A stretch of 63,596 nt of DNA, counting the filler, from Basidiobolus ranarum (lineage: Eukaryota), in NCBI GenBank assembly GCA_040143965.1. It is 7 parts of 7 records of this genome, joined end to end, with 100 filler letters (N's around TTAATTAATTAA, not from the genome) between each part and the next. Parts side by side here need not be neighbours in the genome. Positions count along the whole stretch, not along the records: positions 36,437 to 45,426 come from JASJQH010000889.1; positions 45,527 to 54,513 come from JASJQH010000890.1; 5 more parts are not named here. The stretch is one strand, 5' to 3'. Positions 40,039-52,419 of this stretch are shown in pieces. Positions within the stretch are counted from its first letter, which is position 1, and every line of letters starts with the position of its first letter. The notes beneath the pieces were generated by a model. It was not told where the DNA came from. It worked only from the letters and a program-made list of their open reading frames with translations, and ran no database searches. A program made the position numbers and the translations under genes.

Positions 40039-40519
40039 ATGAAGCTCTTCTCAAGCGCCCTGCTATTATTAGACATGCAAACCTCCCAAGCCTCCTGTCC
40101 AACCACCCAAACCTCCAGTCAATCCACCAACGTATGAGAAGTCTCCATGCAAGACATGCAAGCCTCCCAGGCCACCAGTATACCCACCTATATCTACTAT
40201 CCGTCCGCTCACTCCTGGAAAACCTTGCAGTCCAAAGTCTTGTAAAGCAATCATCACCAAAATTCGCACAGTGTGTGGTACCGATATTGATATCAATTTC
40301 TGTCTCAACTTGAGAGTCAATATCGATTTTCTACGCCTTGATAGTCTCAAATGCCGCATGGTCGTTAGTGCTGCTCAGATCGCTGGTGTCAGTGTTGACC
40401 TTGGTGTATGTAATCGGTTAGATAGTAATGAATATAATGATCATTCTCACCCCAATAATAGTGGATATGGTTATGGTGGTGGCCACAGAAACAATGAAGC
40501 TGGACGGTATCATTATTAA
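40039..40519 (+). pseudogene. Pro-rich secreted family copy 3 with an out-of-frame internal deletion
   Basis: MKLFSSALLLL is joined out of frame to TCKPPKPPVQPP... and the C-terminal Cys domain; TATATAAA near 39971. Confidence 0.8.
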
Positions 40520-41624
40520 ATAATTACTATCAATCTGTCCTATACCAGTGTGTACATCCCTGTAAAAGTTTTGTTTGTAGTAAACACCGACAATAAACTA
40601 TCTATTTATAAAGCCTGAGTTATGTATCCCCGACGTTAGAATTCGTGAACAGTCTCTTGGTAGTTACTGTTAAGCACCCCATTGAAAACTTCCATTATAA
40701 AATTGAGATTGCTTAGAGCCAAAAGTACAGCTTTCATTGGTAACAATTTCAATGAACTATCATATGCATAGTAATTAAACTTTTTTTAGTTGCGTTTGTG
40801 TTACCCAAATGGTATCTAGTGATTGCCGCAACACTTATCATGCGTCTACATGTAGGGATTCATCAAATATTATTCTATACGTTGGACAACATCATATATA
40901 CCATATACAAAATGATCTACATTCTGAGGGTTCGTGCTTTTTAGCGCGATCAATGTTATGTGATCTTTATGTTTAGCCTGTTATAACGCCAGAGCTAATA
41001 TATTCTTCCTTCTTGCGATATTTCAAGCTTCATGATCATTACTATTCTTTTTGTTCATAATATAAGACGAATATACGTAACTATTAGAATTCATTATCTA
41101 AGTGAGAATCACTCTGTAGTTTCGCCAAAAAGAAAGGCTTCCAAAATACTGTAATGTCCATTCTTAATTACAAATAGATAGAAATTAAAAAGCCTGCTTT
41201 TGTTGACTGAATTTATAATTTGTGTCACTCCAGTGATTACCACAAATCCTATCAAATACTTGTATGTTTGGATCTTTCAAACACGATTCTACATTTTGGA
41301 TAGCGGCATATACGCTTTGTACATAACGCGCAACACGCTGAGTAGTTGTGAACTTCATTTTATGCAATCGTAGCAGATCCAACATATACAGCTTATTATA
41401 ACTTCATCAACAGCAAAATCAAGTGAACGAAAGCTGGTTACACACAAATATTTGCCAATTGAAGCAGTACTTCTAAATATATCCCTCTTGCAATTGGCAC
41501 ATCTCTACTGCTAGGAGACTATCTCGTCTACATATGACACGGAAAAGATATATAAGTTAGATCACTGTTCTAATAGTTTATCAAACCAATAGTCCTCAAA
41601 TCACCCTCTCAATCGTTCTCAATC

Positions 41625-42365
41625 ATGAAGCTTTTTGCAAGTGCCCTAGTATTGTTGCAAGCTGTGCTCGTAATGGCCGAAGAGCCAACCTTTTTGGATG
41701 CCTCCCCTATCGTTGCGAAACACATGAACGCCGTCTGCGACGGTGTTGTCGCGAGACTCGCAGACTTTGGTATTCATGCCAGTGCTAAGGCTTGCCTAGA
41801 TGTTGATCTCACTAAGCTGCCTGCACATGTAAAAGTCCCTTCCGCGATGACTTGCGCCGAGGCTGTCGCCACAGCCAAGATTCTGAGAATCAATGCAAAC
41901 GCGAAAGTATGTGTTACCACTGCTAGTCATGGTAACACTCATGAGAAGAGAGGTGGTGATTATGCAGGCATAAAGCACTACGGACCTCCAAGCGGCGGCA
42001 GTCCTCCCAGTTACAATAGACCTCCAAGCGGTAGAAGAACCCCAGGTTATGGTAGACCTCCAAGTTATAACAGACCCCCAGGTGGCTACAGACCTCCTAG
42101 CGGCGGTAGTCCTCCAGATTACAACAGACCCCCAAGTGACAGCAGACCTCCAAGTGACCCTACAACACCCGAGTGGCCATCTGAGCCCCCAACACCCGAA
42201 TGGCCCCCAATGCAACCACCATCAAACGAGAACCCGCCTTGCGAGACATGCCAACCTTCCAATCCACCAGGCTACCCACCGACCGGTTATAGCGGACGCA
42301 ATCATTACGGGCAGAATGGTGGATATGGCAGCAGCCACGGTCGTAGAGGCATTGAGAAGGCTTAG
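41625..42365 (+). CDS. Pro-rich secreted family copy 4 (intact): signal peptide, 4-Cys domain, KR site, RPP(S/G)x repeats
   Basis: 246-aa ORF; TATATAAG near 41549. Confidence 0.9.
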   Translation: MKLFASALVLLQAVLVMAEEPTFLDASPIVAKHMNAVCDGVVARLADFGIHASAKACLDVDLTKLPAHVKVPSAMTCAEAVATAKILRINANAKVCVTTASHGNTHEKRGGDYAGIKHYGPPSGGSPPSYNRPPSGRRTPGYGRPPSYNRPPGGYRPPSGGSPPDYNRPPSDSRPPSDPTTPEWPSEPPTPEWPPMQPPSNENPPCETCQPSNPPGYPPTGYSGRNHYGQNGGYGSSHGRRGIEKA

Positions 42366-43469
42366 CACCGCGATCAAACTTTAACCCTACCTATATAAAG
42401 TGCTTTAGTAAAGTTCGTAATTAATAAAGTTATTGAATAATTAATTTTCTATTCTATGCTACCTAAGCAACTTCTATACTCTGCTTACCCTGAAGTTTCA
42501 TAGTATCTCTTCTAGCGCGTAGTTCTCAATATGAATAACCTTTACTTTTAAGTATTGCATCAGAAATCAACCTGCTTAAAAAGAGTTTATTGTATTTTGG
42601 CGCCAATGGATATTTTGCCTCTTCGTCGTATTTTAGAGAGGTTATTGTGTACGTTGGCAGAATTTATGCAGTTATTAACTAACGAGTTGCCTAAACGGTA
42701 TGATATGCATATAGGTCGTTGAATGATAAGCGCGCATATTTATCACTAACCCAGCAGATATAATAACCTGTTTGTCAATAGTTACAAATTAATCGAAGAT
42801 TCCTTCAACTGCATGATCCGATTCGAACAGTCGAAAACTACAGTCAGTAAGTATCCATTCACTTTGAGTCGATTACTCCAATGGTATCACCATTCATCCA
42901 GTTCAGAATCCAAACGTTGTTACAACATTTTTATATCAGAATACATAAATGTCATTTGCTGATTATTGGGATTAAATATAACAGCACACCAAGCATCACA
43001 TTGTAATCAACACGAAATACTTCTAAAATACTGATCCGTGTTCTATGAATCAAACCAAAATTAAAGAGCCCACTTTTGTTGTCTGTGTATATAATTTGTG
43101 TGACTCTATTGAGTGCCACATTCTATCATATACTTGTATAATTGGATCGCTGTTTATATGTTGGACATAATCATATACACCATGCGAATCGTGCTCAACA
43201 CACTGAGTACCACATATACTATATACATGATACGCAAAACATTAAATATTCGTGTTCTTCACTGAAAGCAATAATTATTGATTCAACATATGCAGCCTGT
43301 TATACCATCAACAGCAACAAAGCAAGGTGATTGAGAAGTGAGTATACATCAATTTTTGCCGATTGAAGCAGTACTTCTAGATATATCACCCTCTCAATAC
43401 TAATGCTCGATCCGTTAGACTGAGACCACAACTACGCATTGGTGTATAGAAAAGATTGTATAGTAACCT

Positions 43470-43682
43470 GCTGTACTCGTAATGGTCGAAGAGCCCACTT
43501 TTGTGGATACCACACCCATTATTGCAAAATATGTAAACTCCGTCTGTAACAGTGCTGTCGCGAGACTCGCAGTCTTTGGTATCCATGCAGATGCTAAGAC
43601 CAGCCTTGATGCTGATCTCACTAAGTTGGCTGCAACTGTAAGAAACCCGCCCGCGATGGATTGCACCTCTATAAAAGTTTAG
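43470..43682 (+). pseudogene. Pro-rich secreted family copy 5; lacks the signal peptide start and the repeat region
   Basis: AVLVMVEEPTFVDTTPIIAKYVNSVCN... is fused to a 3' end similar to that of copy 4. Confidence 0.8.
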
Positions 43683-44471
43683 CATAGCGATTAAACTCTA
43701 ACCATACCGTATACGCCTATAATGCTATACTACTATGTTACTTGGGGTAGTTATAGACAACTCATCTTGCAGTTCAAGTTTATAATAAACATTTTCAATT
43801 AACCATATCAAACCATTTTGTCTTGACTTAACGCTTATGCAAATTTAAAAGTAGATATTTATCTGGACAGCACATGATTTTTTATTTTAATCAAACTATT
43901 TTAGTTTACAATGTAACGAAATGATCGTTTTATGAGTATCAAAATTCGATAAAGCGTTAAGCATCATACTGTAGTTAATAAAGAACAATTTAGAGGAATA
44001 ATTTAAAATACCGTGCTATCCATTCTCGCTTACAATTAGATAGAATATAAAAAGTATGCTTTTGTTGATTGAATTTGTAATTTGTGTCACTCTAGTGATT
44101 GCCACAAATCCTATCATATACTTGTATGTTTGGGTTTCTCAAATATGGTTCTACAAGTTTGGCAGAGTCACATACAGCATGTATACAACACGCAACATAC
44201 TGAGTATTCACGTTCTTGACTGAAAGCATTGATTGTTGGTCCGATATATGCATCCTATTATAGAATCAACAACAACAAAACCAGAGGAGCGTGACAAGGT
44301 TACACATTAATAATATCTGACGGAGCTAGCATTTCAAAATTTATCACTATCTCAACGTTCAAATTTCGGCTCAACAAACTGAGATCTTGTCTACATATTG
44401 AGCAGAAAAGATATAAAAGCGCCACCAATGTCTAAGTAGTTATCAAACCACCTTCTCGATCAAACCCAATC

Positions 44472-45426
44472 ATGAAGCTTTTCGCAAGTGCCCTAGTATT
44501 GTTACAAGCTGTGCTCGTAATGGCCGAAGAGCCAACCTTTTTGGACACCACACCAATCATCACAAAACATGTAAACACCGTCTGTGACGGTGTTGTTGCT
44601 AGACTCGCAGTCTTCGGTATCCAAGCAGATACTAAGGCCTGCCTGGAGTCAGATCTGACCAAGTTGACGGTAAATGTAAAAAATCCCTCCACGATGACAT
44701 GCACCGAAGCCGTTACCACAGCCAAGATATTAAAAATCAATGCAGACTCTAAAGCATGCGTTGCAACTAGAAGACTTGGAAAAGCATACGTGAAGAGAGA
44801 TGGTGATTATGCAGGTATCAAGCACTACGGGCCACCAAATGGTGATAGCCCTCCAGGTTACAATGGGCCACCAGGCTATAACAGACCACCTAGTAGCAGC
44901 AAGCCTCCTGGTGGTGATAAACCCCCTGGTTATGGCAAGCCTCCTGGTGGCAACAAACCTCCTGGTTATGGTAATCCTCCGGGTGGTGACAAACCTCCTG
45001 GCTATGGCAAACCCCCCGGCGGCGACAGACCCCCTGGACATGGCAAGCCTCCTGGCGGCGACAAACCTCCTGGTCATGGCAAGCCTCCTGGCGGTGACAA
45101 ACCTCCAGGTGTTGATAATCCTCCGGGGGGTAACAAACCTCCTGGTTATGGCAAGCCTCCTGGTGGCGACAAACCTCCTGGTAATGGCAAGCCTCCTGGT
45201 TATGGTAAGCCTCCTGGTGGCGACAAACCTCCTGGTGGTGACAAACCTCCTGGTGGTGACAAACCTCCTGGTAGTGACAAACCTCCTGGTAGTGATAAAC
45301 CTCCAGGTAATGGCAAGCCTCCTGGTTATGGTAAGCCTCCTGGCAGTGACAAACCCCCTGGTGGTGATAAACCTCCTGGTAATGGCAAGCCTCCTGGTGG
45401 CGATAAACCCCCTGGGGGTGGCACGC
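44472..45426 (+). CDS. Pro-rich secreted family copy 6 with (KPPGGD/KPPGYG)n 18-bp repeats, truncated at contig end
   Basis: Same signal peptide and Cys domain as copy 4; about 28 hexapeptide units. Confidence 0.9.
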
Positions 45427-45526
45427 NNNNNNNNNNNNNNNNNNNNNNNNNNNNNNNNNNNNNNNNNNNNTTAATTAATTAANNNNNNNNNNNNNNNNNN
45501 NNNNNNNNNNNNNNNNNNNNNNNNNN
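45427..45526. other. Artificial contig linker
   Basis: N44-TTAATTAATTAA-N44. Confidence 0.99.
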
Positions 45527-46490
45527 TCCAATTACTGAAGGATTATAAGTCATGTAATTGCCAAGTGTTTTACACTGGTACCAGGTCAGTGGCAAGCAAT
45601 ACTTGCCAATCCACTGGGGTAAAAGTGTAAAAAAAGAAATGAATACCCAATCACTAAGATTGGATAGATCTCTCCACTCCTCAATAGGCATAGCTATTTC
45701 ATTTACTGTCAATGATATGAGTGGACTAAAGCTTGCCTACAATAAAGAGTCCATAACAAAACCTTTGTCTTATCCTTCATCATCTGATACACTAGCATTA
45801 ATACTGGAATAACCAGGGTCAACATCTATTGGTATGGCCTTAAAGTTGTCTGGACTTAGAGTGTCTCCAGCTTTCATAGCACCAGAATTGGAAGCATTGA
45901 GAGCAGGGCTTCTTAAAACAGATGTGTTAAGGTATGAGAAGGATATTGTAGAAGAAAGAACAACTCTTATTCAATGGTGGCATATCTCATTACAATTATC
46001 AGTAAATTTTGAGAGGATATCACCAATGATTCATCAGAAGATTTAGTAGCAATTTCTGGTAAGGGATGGCAATTTTGATTTGTTATGCTTTGTCTCTAAG
46101 CAATTTCATTACATCTAGTTTGCCATCTGAAAATTTCAATGCCATTCAAAAGCATTTCAGTTCTAAACAAAATTGACTACCAAGCAAAAGCTTGCTTTCA
46201 AAAAAGGAAAAAACCACCAAGAACTGAGGATTTAATTCTTGAGCAGTCAAGCAATCCACTATTCACCTTCGTATGTATTAACATGCCAGAAACTAAATCA
46301 AGTAATGATGAAACTTTAATCAATTTTCCACATGTGCCCCATTCTATTAGAGTGCAAGTGAAGAGATTTCTATCATGCAAGCAAATAGTAAATCAATATT
46401 TGAGCAAAGTTCAACAGAAGCACTATCAAGACAATCAACTTACAGAATGGCAACTTTGCCAACTATTGAGCACCTCCAATTGGATAGTAT

Positions 46491-46842
46491 TGATAAAAGT
46501 GTTTAGGGGATTTAGAAGTGTTTTGGACAAGATTTGGATTTGTGAATTAGACACTTAAGTTTTATTGAATTGAATATGTCCTATTTATAGTTTACTATGA
46601 AATAGGACTATTGGACATGCTTAGATCATAACAAACATGCCTGTTAAGCATGGGTGAAAATTTGAGGTGATTTGGAGAAGTTTTGAGAAAATAGTGAAAA
46701 TTGGTAAAAGTGATCTAATTGATATTTCTATCAATTAGAGCAATAAACACATGTTTTTGAATAACAGAATTGAGTGCTAAATAATCAGAATATGAATAAA
46801 CTAACTACTAAATAATGAGTTGCTATTTACCTAATTTCAACA
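46491..46842 (-). mobile_element. Solo LTR (family 1, 352 bp) with 5-bp TSD AGTAT
   Basis: TG...CA ends; AGTAT at 46486-46490 and 46843-46847; homologous to 52060-52413 and 47814-48024. Confidence 0.92.
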
Positions 46843-47813
46843 AGTATTACTAAAGCAATGAAATCTCAGGGAGAACAACATAGTGAGTTGTATGCAGTCA
46901 TAAGTGAAAACTGCAAAGTTGCTCCACAGGACATGACAAGCATTAATGCCAAAATATTGCAATTAATTCAGCTTTCTGCAGCAACTAGTCAACAGTTAGA
47001 GAGTCACTCACAATGACACAAGACTGTCAGAGTGCTGTACTTGGACTACAGCAGCATCTTGCTCCCTCCATCCATTTTAATACAGGAATTCAATCAGTCC
47101 AACATCATACATAGAAACATCACTGTGACAATCTGGCATAGCATAATATGTGTAGGATCAGTAAGCCTACACAGCAACCAAAATTGCTTGGTGGCATGAA
47201 AGCATAAATCTTGTTGGAAAGCTAGCAAGCCAAAAGAATCTGAATATCTGAGCTGCTGTCACTTGCTTTGATTAACAATGGCATAAAATTTAGGAAACAA
47301 TGTGGAATCATGCCCAAAATCATCTCAACTTGAGCCATTTGTGGAAATACCAAATACAGGTATTACTCTGAAGGTTCTTGACTTATTTCATGTGGCTTAT
47401 GCTGAGTTATTGCAAGCAAATGGCAATTGTCCTATTATAGTCTGTTCATGAAACATCTTAAATACAAATGCAATTATTAGCTTGAAAAATAAAGATAAGC
47501 TGCTAAAGTAGTACTCCAGGAACAGAATGTTAGTAACCCAAGGGAAAAGCAAAGGATCCATGAATTTAGGCTCCACTCTCTCACTTACCAATTTCTTCAC
47601 ACCATTACAAAGATTTATATTTCCAGAGTCAGCTATACTAGCAAATATGCTGGCAAACAGACTTAATGTAACCATACAACCAAGTTCACCAGTCAGAAAA
47701 GTGACAAATTTTGAAGTTTATTCAACATCTGGCATCACTCAACAATCCAAAACATTTGCAAATGAAGCTCTTAGCTCTCCAGCTTCAACTAGCACTTTAC
47801 AAAGAGTCAAAAT
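46843..47813 (+). repeat. Unclassified dispersed repeat family A (continues left of the solo LTR)
   Basis: Homologous to the reverse complement of 21400-22304. Confidence 0.75.
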
Positions 47814-50800
47814 TTATAAAAGTGTTTTGGAGACTTGGAAGTGCTTTAGACAAGATTTGGATTTATGAATTAGACACTTAAGTTTAATTGATTTCAATAT
47901 GCCCTGTTTATAGTTTTCTATGAAATAAGTACATATCTTTCAATGGCAGAATTGAGTGTCAAGTAATCAAAATATGAATGACCTAACATCTAGATAATGA
48001 GTTGCTATTTACCTAATTTCCACATTCCCACTCAACTAATCTTTTTGTATTTTTCTTAAACCTAACTTATATCTTCATAATTCAAATAGTGCTTTAGCTA
48101 AATATTAGGCTGAGTCGTCAGCAATCATTTTGTCAGTTGGGCAATATACAAGTTCAATTATATCATTCTAAATTGCTTCACTAACAAAATGATGCCTTAT
48201 ATCTATATGTTTTGTTCTTGCATAAGATGTAGAGTTTTAGCTAATGAAGTACAACTTTAATTATCTTTAAACACATTAATAGCAAATTCTTGCCTGTAAT
48301 GTAAGCCTGTAAATAACTTCTTAACCACATAGCTTCTTGGGTTGTAGCAAAGGCAGCCATATACTCTGCTTTTGTAGTGGAAAGTTCTATTGACCGTTGC
48401 TTCTTACTATTCCAATTTTGGATATATTACCATAGAGAAAAGAGTACCCAGTTATAGATCTTCTATCATCAAGGTTTCTTTGCCTATCTGCATCACTGTA
48501 GCCTTCAAATTTCAAGCATCATGAGTGGCAGAGTATTCCAGAACCAGATCTACAGTTCCTCTTAAGTACCTGACTATTTGTTTTACTGCAGTTTTGTCCT
48601 CAGATCTTGGATGTTTGTGATATTGGCAGACAGTTCCTACTACCATAGTGATGTCTGGATGTGTTTCAATCATTGTATACATTAAACTACCCACCACGGA
48701 TTGATAAGGCAACTCCTAGCTTTGATTTGAGTAATTTTTTACCAAAATGGATGAAATTTTATTAACACATTGGGATCCATTGATGTTGATACAGGCTGGC
48801 TATATTCCATGTTGAAGTGTTTTAGGATATCTGGATGTATCTAATTTACTGCTTCTAGATCATTTATGGCTCTGATCTAGTCATCTACATATAGTGTCAA
48901 AATAATGATCTTATTTCTGGTTGTTTTTATTTAAATCCCCAGATCTGCTGTGCATTTTTGGAAATCCAGTGATTTTAAATAGTTTTCTATCATGTTGTAC
49001 CATGCCCTAGGTGCTTGTTTGAGTCATATAGCAATTTGTACAGTTTACAGACTATATCAGGGTATTTTAGGTCAACAAATCCATCTGATATCTCCATAAA
49101 GTTCTTTCTACTAGATTTCCATTCAGAAAGCTTGTTTTTGGATCCATTTGATGTAAATCAAGATTTTGGATGGCCAAGAGTGCCAGGATTATTCTATCAC
49201 AGCTAAACCAAACTACTGGAGCAAGAATTTCATTAAAATTGACTACAGGAGTCTGAGAATAACATTTTGCAACTAATCTTACTATGCACCTTTCTATAGC
49301 TCTGTCTGCTTGGTTTTGAGTTTGTACAACCATTTGCAACCTATTGGCTTTCTCCCTGATAGTAGAGGACTCAAAACTCATGTTGAATTATCCTGAAGTA
49401 GAGAAAACTCATCACTCATTGCTTTTTCCCATAATCTTGATTCTGGACACTCCAGAGATCAATCTAGAGTGTGTGGCTTGTCACAGAATGCTCATAAGCA
49501 TATATATGTTCATTGGAAGTGTTCCAATAGTTCCCCAGCTTATTTATTGTTCTGGATGATCTTCTGGGTACTGAATCATCCTCTGATGTAATTGGGCCAA
49601 GAATTTTGATTCAATAGGGCTCAGATACAGCTGGAATCTTGTCAGACACTCCCTAAATAGTGCTGATTTTGTATTCTGGATCAAGAACTGTGATTAGAGG
49701 TGGAAAACTTGCTTTTTCTTCAAAATTCACATCTCTGCTCTTAATTAGCTTCCACTTTGTGGTCTCAAACAGTCTGTAGGCTTTAGATCCATTGCAGTAG
49801 CCAAGAAATATGCATTTTCTGCTTTTAAGTTCCAATTTAGAGCATTTTTGAGCTGGAATTTGGTAATATGCTGTGCAGCCAATGATCCTGAGATAATCCA
49901 CACTTAGTTTTGATTCATATAAGGCTTCAAATGAAGTAGAATTATGTATCAATCTTGCTAGGCATCTGTTTTCATCAGAGACTGCAATGGAGACAGATTC
50001 TGCCCATTATTTGTCATCTAATTTTTGATCATATAACATTATTTTTGCCATGTCAACTATGGTCCTATTATCACATTCTGCAACTACATTTAGCTCTGGA
50101 GTATACAGTATTGTAGTTTGTTGCTTAATTTCATGTTTAGAACAAAAACTAGCAAAGGCTGTGTAACAGTGTTCTCAGCCAGTATCTATCCTAGGTACCC
50201 TTAATTTTTGGGCTGATTCTTTTGCTACCGTAGCTTTGTAGTGCTTGAATGTAGCTAAGGCTTCTGATTTGAGAAAGCACAGGCCACATCAATCAAAATG
50301 AATCAGGGCAAATTCTGAGTGGACTCCAGAGCTTGAAACAACTGTTGGTGATGTTGTTAATATATACACTCTTTATACAGATCTGATTCAGTTATATTTC
50401 CAATTTCTAAGCCTGAAACAAGCTGATTTTGGATTATTTCGGGGAGCTTTTGTTCCCCAGTGTGGCCTAATCTTCTAGGCCACACTTGATAGCTAATTTC
50501 ACTGGTTTTGGCAAAGTTTGTATGCTCAGAATGCAATTTGTTGATTCTTAGCTTGTATAAGTTTTGGTTTTTGATCCTTGTAGCTAATTTGGTAATATTT
50601 TGATCTGTGATAATATATCCACCCTTACTGAACACCAAATTTAGGCCCTGAGCTATTTCTTGGCCTACTGAGAGTAGATTGTTGGCTATATTGGGTACAC
50701 AAAGTAAATCATCCAATTTAGCAGGTGTAGCCAATTTTGTTCTAAATTGAGCACAACTGTACCCTTACCAGCTGCGTCTAGTGCAAAGTCATTATCTTAG

Positions 50801-51114
50801 TAGACTTTTCTTGTTTGGATTGGTTTTAAGCTGGAAAATCAATCTCTCTTGTTTGACATATGCAAGGAAGCTCTTGAATCAATGTATCACATTTCTGAGT
50901 CTTCATTGGTGGTTACTGATAGCACAGACACAAATAGCTGATCCCTATCAGTGCTTACTTGATTTGCTTGTTCCAATTTTAGCTCTTTAGCAAAATCATT
51001 TTTCTGAAATCTTTGATAAATGACCAGGTTTCTTGCAATAATTACAAATAAATGATTTACTATTGGGGGCACCATTATTGGAGCCTGTTGGTGTTTTACA
51101 GCTAAAATTTATTT

Positions 51115-51690
51115 GACAAAATTTGGCACTATCCAGCAACCTCTGGTATGATCAATTTCAATCACGTTTGCTCTAATATATTAATCCAAGGTCCAATCAA
51201 TCTTGGCACAATGGAAAAAGTCCCAGGTATAAACAGAGTAAAAGTGCTTGAAAATACTTTCAAAAGTTTGAAGGGAAAAACACAATGCAAATATTATTCA
51301 GCAACAGCAAAGAAATGGTGGGCTTTGATGGAAATACTAGTACAAACTTGAGTTGGATATGAGTTAAACCTTGTGTACAAAGAACTCTATAAAAGTATTC
51401 AAGAGAACATATCAAAGAAACAAGGGATTACAAGGGGGACAAATTAGTGCTTGAGTGGTAAATGTGTAAAATTTGAGTTATATTTTTTGCACATGTGGTG
51501 ATCCATAGTTTGCTGAGTTTGTAGCCAATCATGTGCAAATATTTTACAAGAATTTGAATTTTCACTCTTGGAATGAAATTATTGATTAAAATCAAATCTA
51601 AGTTGACAATTTCATGATAGAAAGTTAACAATCTATCCAAAATGGATTTAAATCATGATGCTTGTCTTACAATAACAATTCTCATATATG
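51115..51690. repeat. Rearranged insertion of unclassified repeat family B inside the Copia gag
   Basis: 51121-51223 is a direct match to 53697-53800; 51300-51685 matches pieces of 53340-53910 in inverted orientation. Confidence 0.75.
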
Positions 51691-52046
51691 TTATTGCTTT
51701 TGTCTAAGATATAGCCTATAAGCAAGAATTTTAGTCTTGTGGAGTCCCTTGATTGTTTTCCAAGCATTTTGGATGTTTTTGGCTGAGTGTGTGTGCCCCA
51801 AATGAGAGTCTCTAAGATTTAGACAAAGTGCCCAGAGTACTTTATGCTGCATCTTGTGAAAGGCAAGGATAGCTTCAGATGGTACCTTCAGCTCTGTATC
51901 TTCTCCTGTAGCTAGTCCCCCCAGGGCCTTGTCTTCTTGTACTACTTGCATCTTGAACTCTCAAAAGTAAAAATCTTCACCATCAAACATTCTGTGGATT
52001 CAAAAACATTGGTAATAGTACCAGACATTCCTTTGACTACTACCAT

Positions 52047-52059
52047 GGGGCTCATAACC
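52047..52059 (-). promoter_or_regulatory. Primer-binding site GGTTATGAGCCCC (half-tRNAiMet type)
   Basis: Lies immediately 3' of the 5' LTR and upstream of the gag ATG; same type as the Ty5 and Drosophila copia PBS. Confidence 0.85.
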
Positions 52060-52419
52060 CAAAAAAGTGTTTAAGCAATTTGGAAGTATTTTGGACCAGA
52101 TTTGGATTTGCTAATTAGTCATGTAAGTTTTCTTGAATTCAACATATATCCTGTTTATATTTTGCTATCAAATTGAAGTATTGGATGTGCTTCAATCAAA
52201 ACACTCATGCATGTAAAGCATGGGTGGAAATTTGTGGTGATTTGGAGATGTTTGGAGAAAATTGTTCAAAGTGATACAAGTGCTCCAATTGATAACAACT
52301 ACCTTCTAAAGCAATTATTGCACATTTTTGAATGGCACAATTGAGTGTTAAATAATATAAATACAAATAAACTAACTACTAAGTAATGAGTTACAACTTA
52401 TCTGATATTAACAGAATCA

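Larger units (their letters stand above)
47814..52413 (-). mobile_element. Near full-length degenerate Ty1/Copia element: 5' LTR 52060-52413, PBS, gag, pol, PPT, 3' LTR 47814-48024 (internally deleted)
   Basis: FDGEDFYF*EFKMQ (gag), VPNIANNLLSVG, WPRRLGH, SRKCIFLGYC, RLVAKCYSQ, PYQSVVGSLMY, TKHIDIRHHFV; PPT AGTTGAGTGGGAA next to the 3' LTR. Confidence 0.93.

Noticed and set aside
44890-45426. Collagen-like triple helix in the KPPG repeats
   Set aside because: Gly is fixed only every sixth residue, not at every third position
44800-45474. Alternative-frame and antisense ORFs over the repeat genes (also 54566-54946, 55013-55441, 56602-57162)
   Set aside because: Shadow ORFs caused by tandem repeats and codon bias of the real CDS
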